64,000 bases of DNA from Guillardia theta CCMP2712 (taxonomy: Eukaryota; Protista; Cryptophyta): contig NW_005434669.1 in the NCBI RefSeq assembly GCF_000315625.1, forward strand, positions 531,238-595,237, read 5' to 3'. The notes below the pieces were generated by a model. It did not search any database, was not told the origin of the DNA, and saw only the letters and a list, made by a program, of their open reading frames with translations. The position numbers and the translations under genes were made by a program. Numbering within the stretch: the stretch's first letter is position 1; the number at the start of each line of letters is the position of its first letter. Shown piece by piece: positions 25,283 to 37,075 of the stretch.

Positions 25283-27549
25283 ATGGCTAAGGCGTTGCTC
25301 GTCGCAAGCATGATTGTCCAGCTGTCACTGGTGGGAGGAGCGAGAAGCTCGTGGCAGAGACAAGAAATCCGATGCTCAGAAGTTCACGACGATTTGATCC
25401 ACAGCGAGACTACCGAAGGAGGAGGGAAACCAGTTTGGTCGCAGTCTGTGAACGGAGTAGGTGAGCAGGCGAAGTAGCTGTCGTTGGTCTCCTTCTGATT
25501 TTTATGATCAAGGAGACGAGAGCGAGAGTTGCTGGTGCTTCAAGCCCAAGAGCTTGATCGACTGGACCGGGTGGGGCATGACGCGCGTGGTATGACAGTG
25601 TGATCCCATGCTATCATATCACTCAATTGAACACAGGTGACAATTCAGCCCTTTGATTCACAACATTATCAAGTGTGGACAGCAACATCCGAAGTCGGCA
25701 AGAGGCAGATTGGATGCGTTGTTACTGAAGTCATTGTAGGAAGCTGTTGTTGACAGAATGGTCAATCGGGAGAATCAGTTTCTAGAGCAGGCTGCTCAAA
25801 TGATTGGAGTGAAGAACGCATGCAGCCCCTTCGGATCAAGGAATCATTGCACAATTCGTCGAAGTCCTTTCCAAGAGGTATGCAAGAAGCCTACATCTTG
25901 CGTTTCAGCCCCTGACGAGTTCAGTTATGTGTCGGTCTCCGAGGGCGGACATCGCACAAGACTACGATCACAGTGAGATTGAAGAAGATTTTTGAACTTG
26001 AAGAGATTTTTGAATCCTTACATGAAGATGTCTCTCGACTGGCAACTCATCACGTTGGGACTTGTCACATTTGCCATTCTGCTCTTCTTGGCATCGCCTT
26101 CTGTTTCTCATTCGAAGTACTGCTACTATTTACTCGGAGCTCTTTTCTCTGCCGTATCCTCATTTCGTGCTCTTGCGCTGTTTGATCTGTTGTTTGCAGT
26201 TTTTTTGTATAGCTGTTGCATTTTTCTTCATATTTCGAAGAATAATGGGGTACTTTTTTTGTGAGGCTAATGATCAATTGTTTAAGACATCAACAGGACC
26301 AGGAATGCTTTTTTCGTGGGTGTCGTGGCATGGAGCAGCGCTGTGTAATCCTTAAGCTCAATTTGAATCATTCCATTACTCATTTGTTGTTGGTTGATCC
26401 GTCAATGTCTTCAAAAGCTGGCAAAACTTTATATCCAACATCCTGTACAACGAATATTCCGCATTCGTTGTTGCGTTGTTTGGCGTGTAAGTCTACTTGA
26501 ATCAAATCCTTCGAAGCTGAACAAGAAAGAAGGGTTGGATTTGTCACCGCGTATCTGAATCCCTTGGATGATCGAGGAATGTTCATCTTCCAGGTGCACA
26601 TTTCCATACGGATGAAAGTGCTGAGCACCCCACACAGATTTTGTTACAATTCTTTTGCGTCACTATTATTAGCTTTGGGTCTCCATCTTTTGAGAGGTAA
26701 GATTCATGTAGTATGATTGCTATCTAAGGGATTTTCTCAAACGGCACATTTCCTCAAATCAGCACCTCTTATAGCGATGTTTTCTGATTATTCACAACTT
26801 GAGAGGGTGTAAAGTTGCTTTGGGCAGGGAAGGGGTCGTGTTGGTCCTTGCTCTGTGTCTCTGGGAAATTTTCAAGTTTTTCGGCTGGTTGAGCTTTGCA
26901 TGGAGAGGGAGGGTACGCAAAGGAAGAGTTGCCCGACGGGGAGGCACAGCAGGTGCAGAGCTCCCTTGACCATGAATGTGAATGTTCATTACTTCGCAGA
27001 CGAGCTACCGAGAGGAGAAACGTTTGACGGTGAGCGAGGTGACGAAAGGTTCTGCTCTCACTGTCGTTTCCAAGACTCCTCTCTTTCCTTCTTCACTCCG
27101 AGCAAGAAGCACAGGGCCATTGAGCGAAGCGTCATCGAAGAGAAATACAGGTGAGCGGTGGTGAAATTGTTCCTTCCGGGCTGATAAAGGTCCAGCGGTC
27201 CTCTCGATCTCTCAGTCGAGAATCCATTTCACTGCAGAGGAGCTCCAGAATACATCTCAGAGCAGGAGTACAGAGCTCAAACGCTACACAATACTCAGAA
27301 GTAAGAGACCTGTGTGCTTCTCATTTGGTGATTGGGGCAAACAGAGCAGAAAACGCCCTCTTGGATTATTATGAGAGAGAAGGATTAGAAAACGTTGGGT
27401 GAGATGGGGCGTCTCCTTTAGTGCTGCTGTGACTGCTTCGCAGGCATCTCCTATCCCCTCAAGCTCGGAAGCACATCACTGAATGCTTGGCGAGGAGGGC
27501 TGGAGGAAGTATGAAAGTTCCTCAAGACGACAGCGATGAAAGTCTGTGA
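25283..27549 (+). CDS. NEMP/TMEM194-family nuclear envelope integral membrane protein, multi-exon
   Basis: Signal peptide, CSPF, TM LGLVTFAILLFLASPSVSHSKYCYYLLGALFS, AYLNPLDDRG..LQFF, and YISEQEYRAQTLHNTQ, resembling the NEMP LTEEEY..Q...ET motif. Confidence 0.62.
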
Positions 27550-27693
27550 TTTTCGTCTCCGTGTGAAATTCAATTAGCTATCTCGCTTTCGATTTATTCC
27601 TTATGGTCTGTCGAACAAAGCGAGATTTAGAAGGTTTAGCAGGGGGTACCACTGTTCTCGCTCGCTGATCTTTTCTACTGTTCTCTTCATCGT

Positions 27694-29820
27694 CTAGTTG
27701 TAGTTGAATCTGCACAACATGTAAATGAAAATTGCCAGCCACTTCGCCTCTTTCACCTCTGCTGGCGTGTCACTTGCAGGCCTGAGCAATCTGAGGATTT
27801 CATCACGTTCAGCCATGAGCCGACCGCATGCCGATCTTGACGCAGTCCGCAGCTCGTCCGTAAGTTTTGATTTCAATGACTCAAACGTTGCAAACAGTTG
27901 CTGCAAACGTGCCCGATGCTGCCTCAGCATCATTTCGACCTCATTGTACTGCTCAGGTAGCATGCAGACTGCAGAGCCGACCATGTCGTGCGCTTTCATC
28001 CCCTCATGAAACTGGCGAGCTTTTCGTCAGACCTGCCGTGGCAATGTTGATTTCACCATCTCCTCGACGGCGATAGTGTTGACAGTGCAATCATCCTTGC
28101 TGTCCGGAAGTGAAACTTTCACATCCATCAACAGACATGTAAAAATCCTCATCTGAAATTAGCCAAGCGCAGTGCTCAGTAACAGTACCTTCGTATTCTT
28201 TGCAGAAGCGTTTGAAAACTTGTATCTCGTGATGACCCGAATTCAGAAATCAGGAAGCTGTGGAGTTGAGGAGAATGGCAGTCTAAAGTTTCCATAAGGT
28301 ATTGAACCTTGCAAGGGTCAAGATTCTTCTCGAACAATGCAATACACGCTTTACCTCTGATCGAAGCATCGAATTCTTTCTATTCAAGTCACTGTAAATT
28401 CTTTGGTTTTCTTGCTGGAGCCTTTCATAGGTGTCGGAGTTATTTTTGAGTTCCTTTGAGTGAGTCAGCGGCATAGATTCTATAGTGAGATTTTGTTGAT
28501 ATCACTGTCTTAAGCGCCTGCAGCTGTTCATGTGCATTGGATATGACCTTCAGCAAGATTTGGGACTGAAATAAGAGAGTTAGATCAGAGATGGCCTCAT
28601 GCTTGTCATACACGATCTACGGACTGTTCGTATGTGTAGTTTACATCAGTCTGGCCATTGCTCTGAAAATCGTGTTATCTCATACAAACTATCAAGACTC
28701 GTCGCCCAATGGAACCTGATGTTCTTCAGAAGGGAGGACATGTTGCTGTCTGCTTTGAGAGTAAGCACGGTCCAAGTCAGTCGCTCAATGAGTCGATGCT
28801 TACGGCTCGATCCTCCGTGGTGACCGAAGACGTTTGACTTCGATCCACAACTCATGGACTTGGGGGAATACTTTAGAAATTGGCTCAATCTGATATGACG
28901 GTCAGTTCTCGTCTACCAAGGACAACACATCTCCTACTGACCGCTTCTTCTACATCATCATACAGATTTCCACGTGTGCCATGTTTGAGCGTATCAACTA
29001 AATATTTCAACAGCGCGAAAGCTATCAGTAGACGAGAGCAGACACCTGCTATTGAAACAACATGTACAAGTTGATCCAGATGCTTTGCCTCGTCCTGCAA
29101 TTGAAGCAATCGATGTTCAAGTGTTCTGATATCGTCCTGGCCATCATGGTGAATCATGTGTGTCAGCAAGTCAGTTGTTGATCGTACAGTATCAATGTCT
29201 GGAGATAGAGATTCAGTTGTAAAATCTTCAATTGATCCAAGGCAATGAAGACTCGATAATTTCTCGTATAGATTCACGATTTCCACTCTCTTAGTAACGT
29301 GAGTAACAGACTTTCGATATATCCGAAGCACCTTTGTACGTCTCACAGCTTTTTCGATACCGCGCATTCTTTCTTCATCAATTCCATCCGGTGATATGCA
29401 GGAGCTGATTTCTGTAATCAGATCCCAGTCGGTAGCATCCCAGCAAAGGCTGCAACCAATAACAGCTTGTGAGGTTTTCGACAGAGCAACTTCCATGTAC
29501 CTTTGGTTTCCTGGCTCAATCAAAAGAGATCATCATTTTCAGTATTCGTCTTCCAGAAAGATCAAAACTTACTTGGCTCCTCTATGAAAGGACTCGAAAT
29601 CTGAGAAGAATTTCAGCACGAGTCATTCGAAGTGTGGCGCTTGTATGAAAGAAGGGAATACCCCGATTGCGTTGTTTACATCTGGATCTTCATTCCTATC
29701 TCCGGTGAAGTGTACATAATCGTCGTTGGCTTGAATTTCCATGTAATGAGCTTTCATGGAAGATAGCTCCTTCTCAAGGTGCAACAAGATTCTCTCTGCC
29801 TTGTCCACTTGCACCGCCAT
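27694..29820 (-). CDS. Hypothetical helical/coiled-coil protein, multi-exon
   Basis: Consecutive minus-strand ORF pieces (29623-29850, 28885-29523, 28283-28474, 27694-27999) separated by short GT-AG introns. Confidence 0.55.
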
Positions 29821-30076
29821 GGCGTAGGTTCGGGCCCTCAATCCTTGCAATGAGGCGGGCTTGGTATTTCATGTGATGAGGTGGACTTGTCTGTCACAGT
29901 CTACTCTTGCCAATCATCGGGAATCAGCTTTGGATCATGAACTTTCAAGTCATGTTATAGCCTAACTCGCAACCGCAACAGATTATCAGGAAGGTTTGCA
30001 GAGACGAGCATGTAGCGTGTAGTGTCAACTTTATTCATATTTCGAAATGGAACTCGAAAGCAGCACACGTCACCTC

Positions 30077-32337
30077 TTACATGTACGCTTTGCATTCCTT
30101 AATAAGGTTCTCGGCAGTCATTCCAAGCTCCGACATCACGATGTCTCCTGGGGCAGAGAAGCCGAACCTCTCGACACTAACAACCTTTCCGTCCAATCCA
30201 ACATACTGGTACCACATGGAACCGACACCGGCCTCCATAGCAACCCTCTTCAAGCAGGAAGGAGGAAGGACCGAGTCCCTGTACTCCTTGCTCTGCTTGT
30301 TGAAGAGGTTCATCGATGGCATGGAAACAACGCGGATGCCATCTCCGAGCTGCTCGGCAGCAGCCATAGCGTGCTGAACCTCGGATCCAGAAGCCATGAT
30401 GATCATCTTGAGGGCCCCGGACTCCTTCTTGGCGACGTAAGCTCCCTTCAACACACCCTCACGCCTGGTCTGAACAGGAATCTCGTCGAGAGTCTTGACG
30501 TTCTGACGAGTGAGGATGATGGCAGTGGGACCATCCTGGCGCTGCTGAGAATGGACGTAGGCTCCGACGGTCTCCTCGGGGTCAGCCGGGCGGATGACGT
30601 CCAAGTTGGGGAACACGCGGAGAGAAGAAACAGTCTCGACAGGCTGATGGGTGGGACCGTCCTCGCCAACACCGATGGAGTCGTGAGTCAAGATGTAGGT
30701 GGTGGGCAATTCAGCCAGAGCAGCCACACGGATGGTAGCGCGCATGTAATCGACGAAAACCAAGAAGGTGGCGCCAGATGGTCTGAACAATCCATGGAAG
30801 GAGATTCCATTCATGATGGCTCCCATACCATGCTCGCGGATTCCAAAGTAGAAGTTCTTTCCAGCATAGGTCTTGTCAAATCCCCTGCCGAAGTTTCCGC
30901 CATTCTTGATGTAGTTCTTGTTGGATCCGTGAAGATCGGCAGAACCAGAGAGGAACTGAGGCACGAGGTCCGAGATGTGGTTGATCACGATGGATCCAGC
31001 CTCACGGGTGGCAATGTTCTTGCCCTTGGAAATCTCAGGAATGGCCTTGAACATCTCTTCAGCAGAGGGAGTCTGCTTCTTCTGGAACTTCTCGAGAAGG
31101 GCTGCTTTGTCGGCATTGGCAGACTTCCAGGCATTGAAGGTATCCTTCCATGCATTGTACTTCTGCTCGTTCCTCTTCTGAACATTCTCAAAATGCTTGT
31201 ATGTGTCCTGGGAAACTTGCCACGGCTCAGTCAAGCCGAGTCTCTTCTTGGATTCCGCAACATACTTCACGCCGGCTTCACCGTGAGCAGCGTTGGTACC
31301 AGCGACCTCGTCGATTCCCTTGCCGATGATGGTCTTGCACACCAAGAGCTTAGGCTTGCCGTTCTTGGAGGCCCTGAACTTGTCGAGGGTTGACTTGACG
31401 GCGTTGATATCGTGACCGTCAATGGTAACCACCTCCCATCCGTACGCCTCGTATCTCTTGGCAGTGTCCTCAGACTGGGTGTACTCAGCCATCTTGTCAA
31501 GAGTGACATCATTGGAATCGTAAACAATGATGAGGTTGTCCAAACCCTCGTGAGCAGCAAAAGCAGCACCTTCAGCTGAAACACCCTCCTGGAGGCATCC
31601 ATCACCGCAAAGAGCAACGGTGACAGAGTCGAAGATGGTGTGATCCTTGGTGTTGAACATGGCCTGCTCCATCTTCTGTGCAGCAGCAGCTCCTGCAGCG
31701 TTGACCACTCCCTGACCGAGGGGGCCAGTGGTGGCCTCGATGCCAGGAGTGTTGTGCTCGGAGTTGGGGAACTCAGGATGCCCCGGGGTCATGGAATGAT
31801 GCTGACGGAAGTTCTTGACCTCCTCCAAGGGAAGATCATAGCCGGCCAAGTGAAGCCACGAGTACAGGAACATGGATCCGTGTCCACCAGACAAGATGAA
31901 CCTATCGCGGTTCAACCACTGAGGATCCTTGGGGTTATGCTGCAGGAACTCGGAATAGAGCACGGCTCCGATCTAGAGTTGACACGTTAGTGGAAATCAC
32001 ACAACAAATGCACATTTACCTCAGCGCAGCCAAGCGGAAGTCCAAGATGCCCAGACTTGGCCGCAGCAATGGAGTCCATGGCAAGTCCACGAGCCTCGTT
32101 GGCTGCACGAGTGAGGGCAGCTGTGTCAACACCAGTTGCAGTCTGCATGCGGAGTGCATTCTTCCCGTTCACGTGTCCGCTGACTCGGCCACTGCGAGGC
32201 ACACGGAGGTTGAGCCTGGGAGAAACAGCCGATGCTGGAACTGAGGTCCTGGCAAGGGTGGCAGGTCTAGGCAGCAGAGGGCTGCCGAGATAGGCAGATG
32301 CCCCGACGACGCACGCGAAGAGAACAGCGCAGCGCAT
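30077..32337 (-). CDS. tkt: Plastid-targeted transketolase, one intron (~31975-32020)
   Basis: [71 protein letters not shown]. Bipartite leader [16 protein letters not shown]. Confidence 0.97.
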
Positions 32338-32409
32338 GGCGTGACAGCGGAGGCGACGGAGGCGACTGATATAAGGGAAGGGGAGAGGAGGGGAGGGGGG
32401 GGCGTTGGA

Positions 32410-33020
32410 TCTACCCCTACCCCTCAAATGCATGGGGATGAAATGGGTAGAAAACCTTCAGCAGTACACCCTACCCTCCCTCGTCTCGTTCGTTGCCACC
32501 CCCGGGTGATTGGGAGGTGGCACCCACTCAGACCGACGTAAGCAGAAGGACCCTACCCACGTCAATCGCGAGGATAGATCAGCAAATCAGGGGTCCTTTG
32601 TACTATTAGTACTGTAGGTCCACCCGAAGGAAGGCTCTCAAGGATCCATTCCGTTCGCTAGGCCGCCGGTCACTGTGGGGTGGGGTCAGTGGTAGTAGCA
32701 CCGGTATACCACCTTAGGGGCTCATCCAGGCTTGAGGCACCATGGTAGGGGTATAGAGGCATTAAATGTGGCTGTAGTGGAATCAGTCAGGGGGCTGAGC
32801 TAAGGGGCTGAAATTTGGTCGACGGGTAAATCAAGAGGTAGTGGTCCTCCTTGAGTCAATGCCAGTATAGGCCCGGGTAGGGTCACCTGGGTTCAACTTG
32901 GCCTGCAGGGTGAGGGGGTCGCCAAAAAATCGATTTTAAGACTAGTAGGGCGTTTACACTATGGTGGCAGAAAGTAGCAGGTACTATGGTGATGGTACTG
33001 ATCAATAGTAGTGGGTGTAG
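32410..33020. promoter_or_regulatory. Type 2 motif cluster with a polarity switch (CTACCC to ~32560, then GGGT/GGTAG) between divergent tkt and NUDIX
   Basis: CTACCCCTACCCC, CCCTACCCTCCC, CCCTACCCAC on the left; GGGGTGGGGT, GGTAGGGGTA, GGGTAGGGT on the right. Confidence 0.4.
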
Positions 33021-33164
33021 CGGCGCATAAAACTTTTGATTCAATACATTCACTCATCAATTCGTGATTGAGAGAGGGGGCCGCCAAAGGCCCGCTCGTG
33101 GCCGCGTAACAAATCCTGTTGACCAAGGCTAGTTCAAGGCTGAGGGTTGAAACTTGAAATTTCA

Positions 33165-33320
33165 TCCCGGCGGTTGGGGCCCGGCCCGGCCCGGCCGGGA
33201 GTCCGGGCCGAGCCGAGTCCTGCCTAGCCTACGGTCAAGCTTTGAGTAAAGCCAACCGGCGGCGTGGCCCGGCTGGGCCCCCAACTCATCACTCGTCACC
33301 GTCGAACAGGGTACGGTCAT
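33165..33320. other. GC-rich intergenic motif cluster (type 1)
   Basis: CCGGCCCGGCCCGGCCGGGAGTCCGGGCCGAGCCGAGTCC; ACGGTCA occurs twice. Confidence 0.45.
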
Positions 33321-33424
33321 CATCCATGGGCATGAAGGCGATCATCAGCAGCATTATCAGACGGAGTTGGCAGCGGTTGCACCCAGTGAGATGAGAGTCT
33401 TGGTCGTAACCGTGCAAGCTCGCA

Positions 33425-34198
33425 ATGAGAACCTTAACTAGAAGACGTTCGGAAGCTCAATGGCTGATGGCAGCTCTAGTGTCGGCATTATTCGCATGCG
33501 TTTCTTGGAATCTGGATGTTTTTGAGCCACATAAACATGTCAACAAGGAGGAGATCGGGGTGTATCAGATTGCAGATGGTCTGAAAGAGCCAAGTCACCT
33601 CTCTTTGATACCATCGCAAATGCTCATACCTAACGGCAGCATGCCCATCCACGCAGCACACACGCTTGGCCTACCACATAAAGGCACACTTCATTGCATG
33701 TGACAGAAGTCAAACGCTGATAATATTCCAGGTGCCTGGATTCATCTTGTCGACAGTGATGGCAAAATACTTGTTTTGAAACGAGCTTCTACGCTGAAAA
33801 CTTGTCCTGAAAAATGGGGATTTGTAGGTGAGCACCAGAAGGAGGGGGAAGATCCAAAGACGTTGGTGGACAGAGCACTGGTGGAAGAGTTGGGAACAAC
33901 TTTTCGCGACAAAATCAAGAAACACACTAACATCACATCAAATCCTATTTGGTATTTCCGACAATACGAAGATGGACGTAGAGACCGGCAACTTACTTGG
34001 ATGTGGCTTGTACAGCTTAATGAAGAAGCAAGTCGCTTGACCATCTATCCAGATGCTGAAGTAGAAAGATATAAGTGGGTTCCAATCAAGGAGCTGATGC
34101 ATTGGCTAGAAACAAAAGAGTCGGACTTTTGCCATGAGACAGTTACAAGCTTGATGAGATTTGGTTTGGGCCGTTTATCCGAGGTAGTGCAGACATAA
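33425..34198 (+). CDS. IDI-like NUDIX hydrolase with N-terminal membrane anchor, one intron
   Basis: AHTLGLPHKG|AWIHLVDSDGKILVLKR...CPEKWG..GEH...RALVEELG, EVERYKWV. Confidence 0.8.
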
Positions 34199-34278
34199 CC
34201 AGGCTGAGCAAAAAGGAAAGACAATTGGGACCCATTTTGAAGTCTAAATCGTTTCTCACAAAATTTTCTGACAACAAC

Positions 34279-36943
34279 TCATTCAGAAATTTTACTTGAT
34301 CTCCATGCTTTAAAGATTTTTTTCATCAAAGCATTTTCTGATTTCCAACTAATAAAACTTGCCAATCTGGCTGTGGAGTGATTATAGTTGCAAATCATGT
34401 ACATGCTAAGGCCTCCGCGTCACCAGGCAACCAATATGACAACATACGGACCTTGAAAAAGCGTTTCTCTTTCGTTGCATGTCATGCTTTCTCCTCTTCA
34501 CACGCGTCAGTTGGCGTCTCCTCCGCAACTTGACCCATGCAAACCAACAAAGAGCCTTGAGTTGTAGCGTATTCCTTCTGGCCTGCCACCACGCTAAGAC
34601 TCTTTCTGTATGTTCATTCCCATCGTCTTTCATGTCTACACATTCCTTGTTCCTGTTCAAAAGTAAATATTTCAACACTCAAAACAATTGTTGAATTTCT
34701 GACGACCTGGTAATGGTGAAATTGGTTTTATGCTTGCAATTGGTTTTATGCTTGCAAGTAAATCACTTGATTTCATGTCAAGAAAGTCTCTACCTGGCTT
34801 TGTGCTTCTTCCAGTTCGCTTGAATTTTGGACTTCAACAGCAAGATTTTTCAATATTTTGTTTGATTGCAGAATTGGAACAGCTTGATTTGCAAATTTGT
34901 ACAACAGATCTTCAAGGCATTCCATAACACAAAGAGAATCGCTGATCGTTTGAATGCTTTCCAAAGCATTTATACAGGATTTCAAACTTCTGAATGTGCC
35001 TTCATGAAAATTCCGGTCTCCCAAAGAGAGATCCTTTGTCCCCTAACATCAAGCAGAGTCACAAGAAAATCAATTCCAATCGGATTTCACTGACATCAGC
35101 ATTCTTTTCAATTTCTTCGCCCAGAAACTTGTTTGTACTCAGCACCTTTTTACGAAATTCTTCATTTGGTTTCGTATACTGAAAACAGAACATGATGAAA
35201 TAGGCAAATAGAAGAACTGACCTGTAAAATTTCTTGTACAGCATCATATTCCCGCCATGCTTCAAGGACAGCTGTTTCTGCCATTTCCGCCCGGACATTT
35301 GCAGCGGCAATCATCTATAATTAACAATGCTTAATCATGCGAAAGTTGAAACATCGAAGCCCTTCTCACCTCTTTGTGCTCTTCGACATCCTTCCAAGAA
35401 TCTATCAAAGACTGTGACACGTTATTCCAATCCTGTAGTGCCAGCATTGTTTGGAATTGGATCTTGCAAAGTTCATCATGCACGAACTCCATATCTATTG
35501 CTACCAGTAATCTTTAGTTCCTGGCTGAAAACCCACATCACAGGATCGTACCTTTGCGATTTTCTACTACATTAACGCCATTTGCTCTCTGTTTTCAGCA
35601 GTAATCACAGCTCCTTCTATCAACATGCAGCTTCAGCACCTTATTTGCACCATTAAGCTGAAATTTTTGCATCACATCTTCAAAAAAATCAGAAATATAC
35701 CAAAGCTAAGAAATCTTATTTACTTGAACATGTTGTGCTGTTTGAGAGGGGAGCAAAATCGCTCGCATGGCTTTCAAAAGAATTGATCTCTTCCAAAAAA
35801 TCGAGTTCATCGCCAGAGCTGAAAACGAATTTCATGTTCTCATATTGAAAATAGATCTGTCTTACGAAGTCATACTGTGACTCTGAGGAGAAAACATCTC
35901 TTCCAAGGACAAAACATTCCTTCTGCCAGGTTGTTCCGTATCGTTCTGGAGCTGTCAGAAGAGGTGTAACCAGCAACGTTCATGGTTATCGTATGGTCAC
36001 TTGCCTGCTGACCAATCTCAGAATTGTTGAGATCGAGTGATTCTACATCTGATGACTGAATGTCTGATGATTGATTCATGACAGGTTGAACGTATTTGTC
36101 GCCAACAGGTCCGCAATTATGAAATGCAGATGAGCATTTTAAATCCTCTTGGTTGAAGATCTTTTGGCTCAACGTATCTTTATGGTTGTTCTCGCTGTAC
36201 AATACTGAGGCTCGTAGTATCCATGAGTTTGAACCTTCGTGCAGTAGAAGATTCTCAGAGGAGATATCTGTAGGATTCTCGGCCTTTATCAAAGAAGACG
36301 CTGTCGCTTGGTTAGATGGACTACAACATTTCGCATGAATCAAATCCTCCCATGGAAGTTGAGCTGCAGATGTTTCCTCCTTGGGTTCAAGGTAAGGTCT
36401 CTCCGTCTCTGTGGCGTCTTTGCCAGCATCTGGAGATGAAAAGTTGCCACCTTGTCGCACGGCAGTTGATGCATCAGTCCTCCAGAAGTTGAAGGCAGAA
36501 TACAAGAGAAACCAGCTCTTGTTACCCGATCCCTTAGCGTCACTGAAGACCACAGAATGATGAGGTACGCTGCTCTTGTTCGATTCTACTTTTCCTTCTA
36601 TGAGTGGGGTTTGAGCATTTTGCTTCTTCCTCACCAGATACTTTGGTTTAGACAACTGATCTATTCTTCTGCTTGTCTGTCGTTGGCCATTACTTGCTTT
36701 GACCGAGAAACTTGCCCCTTTCATTCTTTCCGCCCCTTGATCTGCAGCCTTCCTCCATGCCCTGACCGTTGTTCGCAGAGCCTTGGTAGGGTCATGCGAT
36801 GAACCGTGACCTTCAAACTTTGGAACTTGGACAGCCGAAACTTTTGAAACCAAGTTTGATCGTTACTGCACAGTTACACTTTTAAGTTTGAGGGGGTGAT
36901 GAGGGATCCAGCCGTTGATCTCAAAAGTTTTAGGGCCAGGCAT
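34279..36943 (-). CDS. Hypothetical protein with C-terminal Sfi1-like (centrin-binding-type) Trp repeats, multi-exon
   Basis: VLAWWQ, LCWFAWVK, KKIFKAWR and AFNFWR repeats; low-complexity N-terminus and coiled coil. Confidence 0.5.
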
Positions 36944-37075
36944 GGCAGAGGACCATCAGCTCGTGACTCGCCTGCAGCCCTCAGGGCGTGACCTCTGCTA
37001 CCACCAGACTCACTCCCCTGCGATCTCTCACTGTTGAGATGACCTGACTGCCCTGCTGATTGCTATCATCCTTCG

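Noticed and set aside
25950-26812. GT25-like glycosyltransferase (DWQLITLG)
   Set aside because: The surrounding exons are transmembrane and fit the NEMP family better; no LEDD motif.
30047-31393. 448-aa plus-strand ORF
   Set aside because: Antisense shadow of the strongly codon-biased transketolase; no domain features.
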